From the human T2T-CHM13v2.0 reference genome, Homo sapiens, in NCBI RefSeq assembly GCF_009914755.1, contig NC_060938.1: 64,000 nucleotides of DNA; one strand, given 5' to 3'. Shown here in pieces: positions 37,901 to 54,521 of this stretch. A model generated the notes under the pieces. That model was not told the origin of the DNA and searched no databases. It saw only the letters and a program-made list of their open reading frames with translations. Within the stretch, counting starts at the first letter, position 1, and each line of letters opens with the position of its first letter. The translations under genes were made by a program, and so were the position numbers.

Positions 37901-39889
37901 GAAGTCTTCATTGGAGTGTGGAGCAGTTCAGATGGTAATAAATTGAGAGAGACTCAGAGAGGTTATGTGAAATCTTAGTCAGCAACAACAGAGAGAAAGG
38001 CTGCTCCAAGGATTGCAGATTTACATCAAAGATGAATGAGATGGAAGCTCCCAGGAGAGCACCACAGCGGAACATGCAACACTACTTCAGGCAAGCTAAG
38101 CAGCAAGTTTCAGAAACAAAATTATCAGTTCAGGCAGGAGCTGACAAGGATGGTAAGAGTGCAAACAAAGTGAAAGCATGATCAGTTTACTAAATTAGGA
38201 ATAAAACTCAGCTCTTCACTTTGGGAAGTGTATTCCAAAGAAATGCCCAAAAGAGGAAATGTTGAGATCTGACTATTTGGCAGGTTGAGATTGCATTTAT
38301 GTACCTGAAATTTTTGTAAACTTTCCTAGGATATTCATACTGGTGGAGTCTTAGATAAATAAAAGTAATCATGAGATTCCATTGGTATGACAATCAATGC
38401 ATCAATGTAATTTGAATTTATCATTAAACCTTGGTCATAGTTACTAATTTACTGCATAAATGAAGTTATCTAAAAGCAGTAGAATGGTTGAAACATCAAG
38501 AAACAAACCATGTTTTTCCAGATTTCATCTGCTTTTTCTTGAATACAGTAGTTTAGTAAAATTGTATTAACTCAGTTAATTCAAAAGAATGTATATATTA
38601 TTAATAATCTTTAGTTTTATAAAACTCTTCCTGTTTCACAGTAGAAATCATTATGTCATCAAATTGGCTTAATTTCAAACTGCTAGTGATAACAGTGATG
38701 TGGCCTTGTAATAAATTTAAAATAATATAGAATATAAAAATATATTAAAATTATATTACTATATCTATTCAGGCCTTTCATTTTATATATTTTAGGCATT
38801 TCCCATTTTTCAGAGATTATGCCTGTATTATTTTGAAAGTAAAAAATATGCTATTTGAGAAAATTTGAGTTTCTTTTTTTCTAACATTGTCTGAATTTTT
38901 ACATCATATATAAAAATAATGTATTAGTATATGTGCAAACTTGTTACACTATCAATTTGCATTAGTAGCAATGATAAAATTAGAATAAATTATCTTTTAA
39001 AATGTAAAATATAAAAATTCCACTTTTATTGAAATGCTGTATGAGTCAATAAATAATATGCCTTTGAGCTATACAAGAAGCAGTTTCGAGTTTTACATAA
39101 ACCATTGAGAGAGCACAAAAGTGAAGTCAATCAACCTCTCAAACAAGGGAATTCTGCTCATCAGTATTTCATTTTGCAGTTACTTTACCTGAACATAGAT
39201 TATAGAAAATTCTCATGTTGCTGTTAATCATTAACATTTTTTGTTTTAGCATAAGGTCAGGTGATTTTTTCACACTGTTAATTTTATGAGTTGAATGGCC
39301 ACCCATGCAATTGGCCTCATATTGTACTAAAAAGCGTATTAATAAAAATAATGGTTCAATATTTTGAATGAAAACATATGAGCGTGACACTATTTGCCTA
39401 ATCTGCATTGAACTGTCAGAGCTGTTTTGGTTGGATGCTAGCATAGGTAATTTAGGTTCATATTGGTCTCCCCACTCAACCTATACAAATATTTTGCAAC
39501 TGAATCAATCACTCAGTGGTCCAGTTCAATGACTAAGGTAGCTAAAATGAGTAGTTTAGCCATAGCTCATTTGTATATGTTTAGACCAAGAACAGCTAAT
39601 AGAAAGGTCAGAGAATAAAATGTTCACTGCAAGTATATGTGCCCTAAAGGAAATATGAATCAGGTCTGGTTGCTTTTTGGATGTCGGCCTAGTTGAATGT
39701 GATTTTGGAAGTTCAAATGCTGGGAATTACTGGTTAATTTATTTAATAACTTTAAGACATAAGAATTAAAATAAAGTTGAAGATCTATTGCTTATATTTT
39801 GATATTCTGCTCTGATATAAAGGCATGCAATGGATGCGTTTAGGGAAAGTCTCGGTAAGAGAAATACAGTGTTTTTTATTTTTCTGTGT

Positions 39890-40293
39890 AGTCCACATTA
39901 ACAAGTTAGAGATATTTGTCTTTGTGGGCCTGGCTGATTTCACTTAATATAATGTTTTTCAACTTCATCCATGTTGTCTCAAATGGCAGGATATTGTTCT
40001 TTTGTAATGGCTGAGTCACATTCCACTGGGTTTATATACTATATTTTACTTATCCATTCATCTGATGATGGACACACTTAGGTTCCTTCTATATCTTGCA
40101 AATAATGCTGCAATAAATATGAGAGTGCAGATATCTCTTTGAATACTGATTTTGTTTCGTTGGCATAGATATCCACTAGTGGAATTGATGGTTCATACGT
40201 TGGTTATAAGTTTAATGTTTTGAGGCTTCTTTATATTGTTTTCCATAACGGAGGCATTAATTCACATTCCCATCAACAGAGTGTAATGGTTCC
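39890..40293 (-). mobile_element. L1MA-type fragment
   Basis: tttcacttaatataatg..ttcatccatgttgtctcaaatggcaggat..gtgcagatatctctttga. Confidence 0.75.
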
Positions 40294-40934
40294 TGTGCTA
40301 TTAAAGTCTAAATCTACTGAGCCATACACTTAAAACTCTTCAAAATCTGACTTTAGCTAACTATCCTATCATTATCTTCACTCAACTTTTCCTGTAGTTT
40401 TTAGTAAATCATTCTATTCTTAATATGGCATGTTTCAAACTATGTTTCTTAGCATCTTAAAGTTTTTCAGATAAGGCAAAGCCTCCAATGAATGGTAGGG
40501 TGAGAGTGCGGGTGGAGGTGCTCAATAGTTGAGATTTGCCCTCTCCTCACACCAAAAAAACAGAGACAGCTCTTAAAAAACTCCATCTTTTTTGTTTTTC
40601 CCTTTTTTCCCCATAGTTTCTAATCTGGGTTTCTTTAGGGTAAAATATTGTATTTCCAAAATTTAAAATATGCATAATGTAATTTTCTCTATTTCTATTT
40701 ATTCAAATCATCTTATATATTTTCTACAGTTTTCCCCATCTCTTTTAATTTGAGAGAGTAGAGATTTATTATTTTGAAGATACACACTCTGTATTCAAAT
40801 TATTTTAAACTTTAGTGTCTGTAAGAATTTATCTCAGCTGTTTATTAATTCCACAAATGTTTATTTAATTCTGTTCATACCACAGTGATTTAAACAAAGA
40901 CTCTTGCTCTTGGAGAGATTGCATTCTAGCATAG

Positions 40935-41210
<276 letters not shown>

Positions 41211-41693
41211 TAATGGTGAATTTTCCCTACTCTCTCTTCACCCTGCGTATATTTTGTAGAGGTTTCTCTTATGCAAACTGAAAAACCTCTACAAAATATA
41301 GCATGGTAGCAATGGGTTAAAAACACAAATTCTTGAGAGGTAGTATAATTATCATTTTAATATAACTTATGCAATACCGTATAAACAGCCAATAGAATGG
41401 TATACCTGGAAAAGAGTTAAGTGTAACATAGGGAGTATTGATAGGGATCAATTAGAAGTTGGCTTTATTTTGAACTCATTTCCTCAGAGAAGAGTACGTT
41501 GAAGAACTATTATATTATTTAACTAATTAATTAAAGTAGATAGATTTAATATTTTTATAACATAGTGCATGGCCCCATGGGCAAAAGTGATGAGTAATAT
41601 TTTGTCTCTGCTCTCCAGAAATCAGTATGTGATGAAAGTCTTTCATGCAAATTAATCACCATAATACAGTTTAAGTGCTTTAAAGATAAGTGC

Positions 41694-41790
41694 CTGAAGC
41701 AGGAGAATCGCTTGAGGCCAGGAGTTCAAGACCAAACTGGGCAACATAGTGAGACGCTTTCTCCACAAAAATAATAATAATAATAATAAA
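41694..41790 (+). mobile_element. 5'-truncated FLAM/AluJ left arm
   Basis: gcttgaggccaggagttcaagacc..gggcaacatagtgagac, then (AAT)n. Confidence 0.75.
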
Positions 41791-44113
41791 ATTAAAAATT
41801 AAAAGTCAAAAACCTAATAAAATAAAAGTCATATGTCAAAACTTTAGAGTGGTATATTTTATAAGCCACATGTTAATGTTTCATGATAATGAGGATAATG
41901 AGAAAAGAACAACAGTCATAAAGATTTTAGTGATTGAAACTATTCACTCAATATCTACTTCCTGCTCTACTCTTAAGAAAGACCACATGAATATATGATA
42001 AAAGTTAGGCACCAATTAAAGGTAAAGAAGACAGTTCTAGCATATATACTTTGTGTAACAAGGGTAAAAAAACAAAAACAAAAACTTCAGCTGCACCCCA
42101 TGTAAAAAGACACTACGGTCAGTTATGAAAGCTCTGGTACCTTCAACATATTTTAAAGAAAATATAATAACCACATTTTAAAATATTTCACTCAGATAAA
42201 ATTTTCCATTCATTTTTCATATAAAATAAAATGTACTATATGTAATTTTATAGTAATATAATTATTCATCCAATGTTTTGTAACAGAAGCAAAATGGTCT
42301 CTTAAAAGAACAAAATATGTCTTCATAATAATTTTAAACACATTTTTTATTTTCATGATACACTCTATTTATTAATATTTCCTAAGTAACTCTGTACTGT
42401 TATAACTTCAAAAGCTTCAAAATTTTACTATATACAAAATCTTGGGCTGTTAAAAATGAAATGCTTCATGAATATATTGGGTATATTTTCATTCAAAATG
42501 GTATATTTTACTTCCAATGTTAGATTAAAATATTTAGCAAACATAGAATTTCCTGAGCTATCAACTATTATTTTACTTGTTCTAATTTTTGTTGCCATTA
42601 GGTTTCTAAATTTTCAGTAAAATTTTCTAGTATTCTCTCTAAATTGTTAATATGAAAGCAATCTCACTACCTGTCATTGTGTTGTTGGACAGAAGATCTT
42701 CCAGTAAAGTATCAGTAATAAAATGTTCATTTTGAATATTTCTTCAAAGAATTAAGACAATTCTAGTAAATTAAATTAACTATGATTTTTAGGCCTTTAT
42801 AACTTTATGCAAACTATGTTCATATGTACAATATTTGTTTTCTAAATATATGTTTCAGTATTTGCTTTACTGTCTTGTTATAATTCTTTGGCTATAAGAA
42901 ATAGAGAAACAAATCAAACTCCCTTTAGCAAATGTGTATTTTTTTCTCCTGATTTTAGAAGACTAGAAATAATATGGTTTTGGGCAAAAATTGATCCAGA
43001 AAGTTAAAGAAATCATCAAAATCTGTTCACCCTTTCTTTCTCTTTTCTACTTCTTAATGTGGTGAGGAAAATGTGGTGGGAATTCTTGATACTTACTCAG
43101 CTAGCTATAGCTATGACCCAATTGGCCTTTTTTTTTTTTTTTTTTTTGAGCTCTTAAAGGGAAATTCGAAGAAAAAGAAAGATCTGTTTTAATTTAACAA
43201 GAGCAATATTATACCAATAAAATGTCATATTATAACTGGAATTCCTGCAACATGGGCCTACACGTATGGCCAGGAAAGCAGTAGACTGTAAAGGCAGCCC
43301 TACCCCAGTGACATGATTGGAGTGGGGAAAAAGCAATTCTCGAAGGAAGGGGTGAGTTCCTGGACAAAGTCAGCTCCAAATGTGATATCAAGGTATAAAT
43401 TACAAAAAGAATTGTGAGTCTGATAAGAGAAAAAAATAAACATCTTTTCAAAGATATATTCTCTTGTTAATGAGGGGAATAGTAAGATGGTAAACCTGAT
43501 TCAAATATCATTTGAGGAGCTGGAATAAGTATAAATACATCAAAATAGCACACAGAAATACATTTTTTAATTATAATAATTTACAGTGAATCTCTTACAG
43601 TTATAAACCATAACTTTTATCTTTTCTATTAGACAAGAGTTATTAAATTACTATTAGACTTGAATCAGTTGCTTTGCTACTAGTATCAATGAATAGAAAA
43701 AATCAAACAAAGGTATACACCTCTAGAAAATCAGATAATCTCCATTTGGAACTGCTAAATAACACCCAGCACAAAACGGAAAGAACTGTCTACAATCTCT
43801 TTGCTTTATTTACAAATTTGAATATTTTATCTTAATTGATGTAATATGAAGATCACCTAGTTTGGAGTTGGGTGTCTTGTTTCTAAACTTGGCTTATTAC
43901 TTTGAACCAGGCACTGAATGTCTCTAATACCTCGTTCTTTACATCTAAAAATCTGTTATTCCAAACTTTGACTATATTATATCTCTTAGGAGGAGGTATT
44001 CTGTTTTAAACTGTGGAATACATAAACTTATGTCTTATAATTTTACAAAAGAACTTTAGTAATACTCTATCCAAGCTTTACTCAGATCTAATTAACAAAT
44101 ACAATTTTGTAAC

Positions 44114-44450
44114 AATTTTTAACAGCTTTATTGAACTATAATTGTTATACAAATAACTGCACATATCTGACATATCTGATCTGTACAATGTGATAAATTT
44201 GAATGTACATAAACACCCCAATACTATGACCAGAATGAAGATAATAAAAATATCCAACACCCTCCAGTTTCCTTGTGTCTTTTTTGTCTTTGTGTGTACT
44301 TACATGTTTTGTTTTGTGGTAAAAACCTTTAACGTGAGATCAATCCTCTTAACAAAGTTTGAAGTGTACCATAGTGTATTGTTAACTATTGGCACCATGG
44401 TTGTATAGCAGAGCTCTGGAATTTATTCATCCAGCATAACTAAAACTTTA
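44114..44450 (-). mobile_element. L1MA10-like 3' end
   Basis: ttttaacagctttattga..gtgagatcaatcctcttaacaaagtttgaagtgtac..ttgttaactattggcac. Confidence 0.7.
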
Positions 44451-47400
44451 TGCTGGAAAGATAAAGATAATTAAAACATGGGGGCTGTTCTAAATTATGT
44501 GAGGTCAACTATAAAGAAAAAAATGTGTCAACAATCACAGTGTTATAGAATTGTATGTGCTATAGTGAAATATATGTCAAATATTTAAAATGGTCTTGAG
44601 GTTTAAAATTGAACACAGCCAATACTAAATCAGATATGTCATGGAAAAGGGTGGATGCTTCACTGAGATGGACTCTCCGACCCAGGAAAATAGGTATGTG
44701 TATTAATAAATGTGAGTCATCATTAGCTTTGAATATTTTTTTCTTTATTAGGTGGTAAACTTTATGATGGCAAGATATCACATGTCTTTTTATTTTTCAG
44801 TGATGTATTCCCAGGACTAAGTGTTATGATAGCAATTACATGCTCAATATCTGTTCACTTTTAGCAAAAATACCAATGTATAATCAAAACTAATTTTATA
44901 ACTAAGAGTTTTAATAATATTTGTTAATTCAAAGTGAAACAAAATCTTACTACAATGCAGTAGTAAATATTTTATATATTCATATCTATAATTATATGTT
45001 TTAAAGTGTACTGAGAACAGCTCAAAGCATTATATTTCTAAAATGTTAAGACTAGGTATTGCATGCTTTAGAATCCACACTCAAAAATGCACGTTATAAT
45101 GTTAATATATTTTAATAACATATTTAGAATGGTATATTTATTCTGTTTGTTTCCACAAGCAGTACATCTAACATATTTCTTGTTGTGCATCCCCAGATAA
45201 CAAACAGCCTCCAACCACATGTAAACATTCATGAACTATGCCTCTAAACTAGTGAGAACTGTTTTTAAAAAAGAAGTAATGTATATTATCTCATTTCATG
45301 TATTGACTTGATTTGATAAAAATAAAAATCACCTGGAAATGATTCTTCTGGCTGGGAACATCTTTCAGTACAGTGCTTTGACCTACCCTGTTAGATCTCA
45401 TTTCATTCTTATGTCCTTAAGCCTTCAAAAGCTTTCTGCTCTTTCCGTTTATGAGCATGCCAGTGGCATTCCCAGGTTCCTTCTCATCTACTTTTTGATG
45501 TTCCTGTACAATCTGATGATTCACCTTTCTCAGTGAGCACAGGGAATATTTTCAAGTACTATTTTTTTGACACCTTCTTTTCCAACTTCAAATCGTCAAA
45601 CTATTGTATAACAAAGGCTACTCTACCTAAACTAGCAACTCATTTTATTTGACGTTCTAGCTGTCAGTGTTAAGTGCTTTAATTATTTCATCTTCTTTTT
45701 GGTAAAATAATTTTTGTTCTGGCATTTTGGTAAAGATCTTATTTCTAATTTTGACCACATCTGCATTAATTTTAATAAGTGAGGAATATATATTTTATAA
45801 GAATGCTTGCCTTGCTTGTGGTCATTTTTCTTTTATAAATTGTTTTAGAACATTATTACTTTGGGCTTCTAGACTCACTATTTCACATAAGTTTTCAAAA
45901 TTCTAATAAAATTAGAAGGAATATGAATAAAATTACAAAGGAATGTAAATTGGTATAATTTTTAAAGCTCTAAACTTTTTTTATTTGTTAGAGATAGACA
46001 TTTTCTTTATACTTCTGTAACCTTGCTTTCTGTGGAATTAAGTAATCTTAGATCTGAATTTAATTTGATAGTCATTTTCTGCTTTTGGTGATTTCATAGT
46101 CATGCCAACTTCCTAATAAGTTCAAAGTTATTTTTATTGTCCTCAATTATTTTGTGTGAGTTACATTTGAAGCCAAAAAAGCATCTTAAGAAAATTATCA
46201 AACCTTACTTTGTGGGAAATATATGTGCCATCTTCCATCATTCATAAACCAGTGTACTCTTTAGCCTTATTCCTATGAAATGTTGATAATGCATTTGACA
46301 CAAAGAAGCAATAGAGATATATTATTTGTTTTCATTGCTAAATAAATGATAACCATGCAGATGAAATTTATTAGTTAAGGCATTTTACAAATCAAAATGT
46401 CTTTGGCTGTCAACAAAAAGGAACACAATGTATATATAAACTTCATTTGTAAGTACAGTATTTCACTAATGCCAAGTAAATTGTTTGGGAACATCAATAT
46501 TACAATGTTAAGACATACCTCTGTGTTTTACATCCATTACCTGACAACTTTCATATTTTGAACTTGCAGCTTATAGAACTTTTGGTAATTATTACACATT
46601 AGATGCAGCTTCCAAAGGGGCATGATAAGTATGCTAGTAATAATGCCACATGAAGAAATTGGAATAAATGGATACTTGTATGAGGGGAAAAAACTAAATT
46701 TTAATGCATTTCTACTTCATACGAGGAACTGTGATTACATAAACATATTTAATCCACTGAAGACACTTTGAGGTCTTCAGTGTTTTTTTGGTAATTCATA
46801 TTTACTACTGAGAAACACTGAATACTAATAGAGTGAATCTAACCTTCCTCAATTACAAAATCTGTAAGTAATAGAATCAAAGTTGGAGTTTGGGTGCTTT
46901 GAAATTCATAGCTCACACTCTTTTTTTTCTTCTATTGTTCTTCCTTAAGTATTTCTATTTTGGTTGACTGACTCAAATCACCTTTCTCAGCCTCTCTCTC
47001 TTTCATGTATATATAAAGGTTTATTTTACGATCAGGGTTGCATGTGTAATAATAGTGAGAATGTCTTCTTTCCCAGAAACATTTTCATTTTAAAGTACAT
47101 CCTTATACTAAAGTCATCAGCTAGTAAATGAAAAGGGCTTAAGTTGTTTTAGAGCTTTATATATCTGTTTGTCATAGCCAGGTTTCTTATTGTAGGGCTC
47201 ACTATTCTATTTATACAGACACTAGATATTTTATACCATTCCCCTAATAGAAAAAGCAGTACAGCTAAATAGTTTTAAAAACAAGCTTTAGTGTGAGAAA
47301 ATGATGCTTTTAAATCCAAACTCCATTTCTAGATGTGTGAACTTTTGGAATTTACATTTTCAAAGACTATATTGCCTTTATTGTTTATTTTGTCAAATGG

Positions 47401-47531
47401 AGCCCTCAAAGTGTTCTTTTTTTTTTTTTTTGAAGGATTTTTGACAATGTATTCAAAAGCAATGTGACTTAGTAGTGATTAAGACCACCACTGACCCAGA
47501 GAGAAATATATTAAGAAACAGATATACCTAT

Positions 47532-47953
47532 TGATATGGTTTGGATCTGTGCCCCCACCCAAATCTCATGTTGGATTGTAATTCCCACTGTTGGAGATGG
47601 GGCCTGGCAGGAGGTGTTTAGATCGTGGGGGGTGGATTTCTCATAAATGGTTTAGTATCACCCGCTTGGTGCTATCCTCCTGATAGTGAGTTCTGTTCAC
47701 ATCTTGCCATTTAAAAGTGTGTGGCACTTCCTCCCACTGTCTCTTTTGGTCCTGCTTTTGCCATGTGTTTTGCCTGCTCCGACTTCATCTTCTGCAGTGA
47801 GTAAAAGCTCACTGAGGCCTTCCCAGAAGCCAAGTGATGCTGTTGCAATGCTCGCACAGCCTGCAGAACTGTCAGCCAATTAAACCTATTTAAAAAAATA
47901 AATTACCCAGTGTTGGGTGTTCCTTCATAACAATGCAAGAGTGACCTAATACA
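47532..47953 (+). mobile_element. MSTA solo LTR
   Basis: tgatatggtttggatctgtg..cagcctgcagaactgtcagccaattaaacc..cctaataca; TSD cctat / cctac. Confidence 0.88.
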
Positions 47954-48079
47954 CCTACTATGTACCAGGCATTATTCTAGTTTAGGCAACAGATGCCAAA
48001 ATATGAGTCTTTTTATTAAGATGAACCTAAAGGAAAACATACTCCCAAGGGATTAGAATAGTAAGAGCCAATATTGTAC

Positions 48080-48300
48080 CCCCTCTTTCTCCTTTCTTCC
48101 TTCCTTTCTTCCTTCCTTCCCTTGCCTTCCCTTCCTTCCTTCTTTCCTTCCTTCCTTTCTTGCTTTTCTTTCTTCTTTCTCTTTCTTTCTCCTTTCTTTT
48201 CCTTCCTTCCTTCCTTCCTTCCTTCCTTCCTTCCTTCCTTCCTTCCTTCCTTCCTTCCTTCTTTCATTGTCTCTTTCTCTTCTCCCTTTCTTTCCTTTTT
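48080..48300. repeat. Polypyrimidine (TTCC)n/(TTTC)n tract
   Basis: Direct reading. Confidence 0.95.
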
Positions 48301-48434
48301 CAGGTATTTCATCTGACTTTTTGAAAACTTTAAATAAAAAGTCATTCTCATACCAACCATGCATATCTGTCATAGTTGGAAAATAAAATAAAGTAGGTTC
48401 AAGGAAGTATAAAAAGTACCTAGAATAAAACTTT

Positions 48435-48635
48435 AACTGGGGACTCCAAAAGGGGGAAGGGTGTGAAGGTAGTGAGAGTTGAAAAATCACCTACTGGGTA
48501 CAAAGTTTTTGTTTGGGTGATGGGTACACTAGAAACTCCAACACCACCATTATGCAATATATCCATGTATCCATTGTGCAATATATCCATGTAACAAACC
48601 TGAATATGTACCTGCAAATCTAAAATAATAACAGA
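48435..48635 (+). mobile_element. L1PB-type 3' end fragment
   Basis: actggggactccaaaagggggaagg..gggtgatgggtacactagaa..aacaaacctgaatatgtacc..aatctaaaataa. Confidence 0.75.
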
Positions 48636-48658
48636 AAATTTCAATTTAATGTAATTTT

Positions 48659-50490
<1,832 letters not shown>

Positions 50491-51689
50491 GCAATATATC
50501 CATGTATCCATTGTGCAATATATCCATGTAACAAACCTGAATATGTACCTGCAAATCTAAAATAATAATAAAAATTTCAATTTAATTTAATTTTAAAAAT
50601 AAAAGTAAAAAATATAACTTTATTACATTTTGAATATTGTATGTTTAACTGTGGATTCTCCAGTAGTACTTTGATTTATTTATCTTATTATGTGCTATAC
50701 CCACAACATTTTAGTGCAAGAATATTGTAGGATATTGTGATGAATGAAAACACTATTTTACCTTACTATAATTATTTACTAATTGTTTGGTGTAGAGATA
50801 GAGGATAATTGTGATAGAACCATTTTTAAGATGCCTGCAAAGACAGGAATTCAAATCAATTATAATTGGTAGCCATATGAAGAAATGTTGGTTCAGATAA
50901 GTTGTGATATTAACAGAGTATAAATTATTTGGATGAATGTCCTGATAATATATCTATCATAATCTGAATTAAACTTTATTTTTAATTAGCAATTACCTCA
51001 ATTTGAGTGACTTTTCTACACCATATTTATTTTATAAGATTGACAAGTGTCTTTATATATTCAATTTAAAAGCAGCACTAATGTTTTCCAATCTTGTGAA
51101 CTAAATTATGTTTAAAAGTATTAAAACTCATGTATTTTTCAAGATTAGGATAATATAAACAATGTTTTTCTAGAGATAAAATCCTAATACAGAAGCTAAT
51201 ACCCATTTCTACTTTTGATCCATCCACAGGTTAAAGAATTACAAAGAAAACTTAATTAAATTTATTTTAAAGAATGATACCTAAATCAATGGCTTACTTA
51301 TATGCTTGTAGTAAGCATTAAGAAAGTATACTGGAAAGGAAAAGGTAGACACAAACTACCTTCTCATATAGGTCACTGAATAAGAGTTAAAAGTTGTGTC
51401 ATTTTACCTGATGAACCAAAAACTCAGAGGAAGGACCTGACATCAGTGTGATGCTTTTAAACAGTCTCATTTTGATGGAGCATGAAAATGTGACGTAGCC
51501 AATTTTTGCTGAAGAAATGGTGGTAAGCTTCAAATGTTCAGTCCTCACAGCAAAATATTCCAAGCCTTCATAAATGTATATAAACTGTTATAGTTGTTGA
51601 AGAACAAAAGCTTTCACAAATCCAAATCTTTATCTGGCTTTTGGTAACATAGGTATAAACAATTTTTTTTTTTCCTAAATAAAATTACA

Positions 51690-52009
51690 GGCCAAGCGCA
51701 GTGGCTCATGCCTGTAATCTCAACACTTTGGAAACCCAAGGCAGGAGGATTGCTTAAGCCCAGGAGCTCAAGACCATCCTGGGCAAGACAGAGAGGCCCC
51801 ATTTCTAGAAAAAAATAATAAAAAATAGCCAGGCATCTAGGCATATCCTTGAGGTCCCAGCTGCTTGGGAAACTGAAGTGGGAAGATAGCTCGAGCCCAG
51901 AAAGTCGAGCCTGCAGTGAGCCATGATTGTGCCAATGCACTCCAGCCTTGGCAACAGAGTAAGAGCCTGCCTCAAATAAATAAATAATAAACAAGCAAAT
52001 AAAACCAAT
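51690..52009 (+). mobile_element. AluJ
   Basis: ggaggattgcttaagcccagg, ctgcagtgagccatgatt; TSD aaataaaattaca / aaatagaatcaca. Confidence 0.88.
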
Positions 52010-53822
52010 AAATAGAATCACAGAATTAACTCTGACAGGAAAAAACTGAATATCTCTAAATTTTAAATTATTTACTGTTTAGCTATAAGCACCTATTTTT
52101 ATTCTTATCATCTTTAAATGGGGCTAGAAGTCATTACATGTTAAAATGGAATTATGAAATATTTATGGATATTAAATAATTTGACGAGGAATTATTTACA
52201 TAACTGCCTTAAAACAAAACTTCATATCCATAACATGAAATTTTACTCATTTAATGTCTTTTTTTTTGTAATTTATTGTTTCAATGTGTTCTAAATTGTA
52301 CCTATTGTAAGATGATTTTTGGCCTGTAGAATTCTAAATTTATCTTGAGCTTCCCATTATTCCTAGTAACAAAAACAGGATGATAATATACATAATGTAC
52401 AGAATAGCATTTCAAATTATTTAAAATCTAGTATTTTGTAAATAGGTCCATCCTGCACTGAATATATTGAATGAGGAATTGAACACCTGTGTAATACTCT
52501 TGTTCATTCCATATTTTATCTTTCAGTTGAAAAGCATTCTGTCTTAATACCTAGCTACTAAGACATTTCATATATGTGCCAGTATGGAATACCAAGGTCT
52601 TTTCTTTCTTTTGTTTGTAGCAAATGAAGGTTCCCCTGCTATAATGAAAAAATAATATATTCAGATAGTCATATAATTGCTATAGTACTGTAGAGGCTAC
52701 ATGTTTGTGAATGTGTTGTGCCCTAGTTCTTTCTCCTTCCCTGGAGGTAACCTTCATAAGAGGTCAGTTTTTTTTCTTGAAGACATAAATGGCATATTTA
52801 CAAGTTGAATATGTGTAACCTGTAACACAATACCAAATGGAGCATGGCAAAAACAAATGAAACAATTTGAATGGCTGATAACTACTTCAAGCTATGCTAG
52901 TCTCAAGGCAATTATAGCAGTTAGAAAATATCCGGCTATTCAAACACTAACTGTATTTCTGTTAGTATAAATCTATAACCATTACATGATTAAAGTATTC
53001 TCCAACACTCTGAAACAATTCCCATTACCTTATGTAAAGTATATCGCTAACTGGCAAAGAAAGGCTATGAAATTGTGAAAAATTGTTTCATAAATTTTAT
53101 CAAATAAATTCTAACTTTCAGGAATCCAGTTCAATGGTTAAACACATAAATTTTGTCAGAAATCAAAGGAATGAAAGAATATAATCTTTGAGATGAGGAC
53201 TGTACTTACTAGGAACCTTTTTTCTTTCTGTAAAATCATAGTATATAGTTTTTCATAGGCATAATTGATATTTTGCTGAATAATTGATATGTCAATTGAA
53301 GAAATCTAGAGTAGTAACACCCACTATTATTATTGAAATATTGTTTAAAATTGCCCTGATGATGTCACAGCTGTTACTCTGGTACACAGTTCAATGACAA
53401 TGCACTTAATTTTCTCTTCCAAAAATAATAAAGATATTTATTCCTATACTGTGAAGCAATAGAATTATTAAGCAAATGCTGGCATAGTGGTGCAATATAT
53501 TAGTTGCACAATACATTGTTATGAGTTCTTAACATTTCCAGGGACTCATCTAGATATTGGGATGATATAGTAAACAAGTTATAAAGTTTCTATAAGCCAT
53601 AAAGTTTCTATATTTCATAGTAAGAAATCATCAAAAAATTAACATTATAAAGCTAATTATAATCATATTTAACGAACATATCACAAAAATGAAGAGGATG
53701 AAGAGGAGCTGGCTCTTAGGAAGGTAAAGAAATGCACTACATCTTTTATAAAAGATATTTAAGATGAGAAGAAATTAACTATGTAGAGATCTATAGAAAA
53801 ACTTTTATAAAAAGTAAAAAAC

Positions 53823-54130
53823 AGCTAGGTGTGGTGGCTCATACTTGCATTCCCCACAGTTCGGGAGGTGGAGACAGCAAGATTACTTGAGGCCAGAAGT
53901 TTGAGACAAGTCTAGGCAATATAGTGAGACCTGATATCTACAAATAAAAAAGATTATCCAGGTACGGTGGCACATACCTATAGTCCCAGTTACTTGGGAG
54001 GCTGAGGCAGTAGGATCATTGGAGCTTAGGAGTTCGAGGCTGCAGTAAGCTGTGATCATGCCACTTCACTCCAGCCTAGGTAACAGAATGAAACACTGCT
54101 TCTAAATTTAAAAAAATAATAAAAATAAAA
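53823..54130 (+). mobile_element. AluJ
   Basis: ttgaggccagaagtttgagac, gagttcgaggctgcagtaagctgtgatc. Confidence 0.88.
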
Positions 54131-54521
54131 AGCAAATTTGAGGGCCTAGATATGGTAAGAAACCTAGCATATCCAAGGAACACTAAAGTGGATGCTATAA
54201 TGCATCTAACACTAATTTCCCAAGCTGCTAGATATTATGCTTGAGAAAGTTGAGTTGGAAATATATGTCTGTATATCTATTATCTATATACTTATATATC
54301 TGTTTGTTGATATAAATATGTCTCTATATCTATCTATTTAAATTTGGATTTCTTCAGCTTATAAATTTTATATAAAGTCATGGCATCAGATTGAGGTTCT
54401 AATATAAAAACAGAACTAGGAAAGAGGGCAAAGCCAGAGTTGTATAAATTAATTGAGAGATCTGGTAGAAAAAGATGAAGATGAAAAAGAAATTGAGAAG
54501 GAACAATCAGGAAAATATAGG

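Noticed and set aside
38032-38181. 49 aa ORF (MNEMEAPRRAPQ..) with a GTAAGA donor-like site in apparently unique DNA
   Set aside because: Short, no recognisable homology and no clear acceptor; within chance expectation.
46755-46782. 10 bp perfect stem followed by a T-run (terminator-like)
   Set aside because: Intrinsic terminators are bacterial; an isolated stem of this size is plausible by chance or local snap-back in 64 kb.
48016-48490. Lys/Glu/Arg-rich ORFs (also near 58900-59292)
   Set aside because: Translations of purine/pyrimidine microsatellites.
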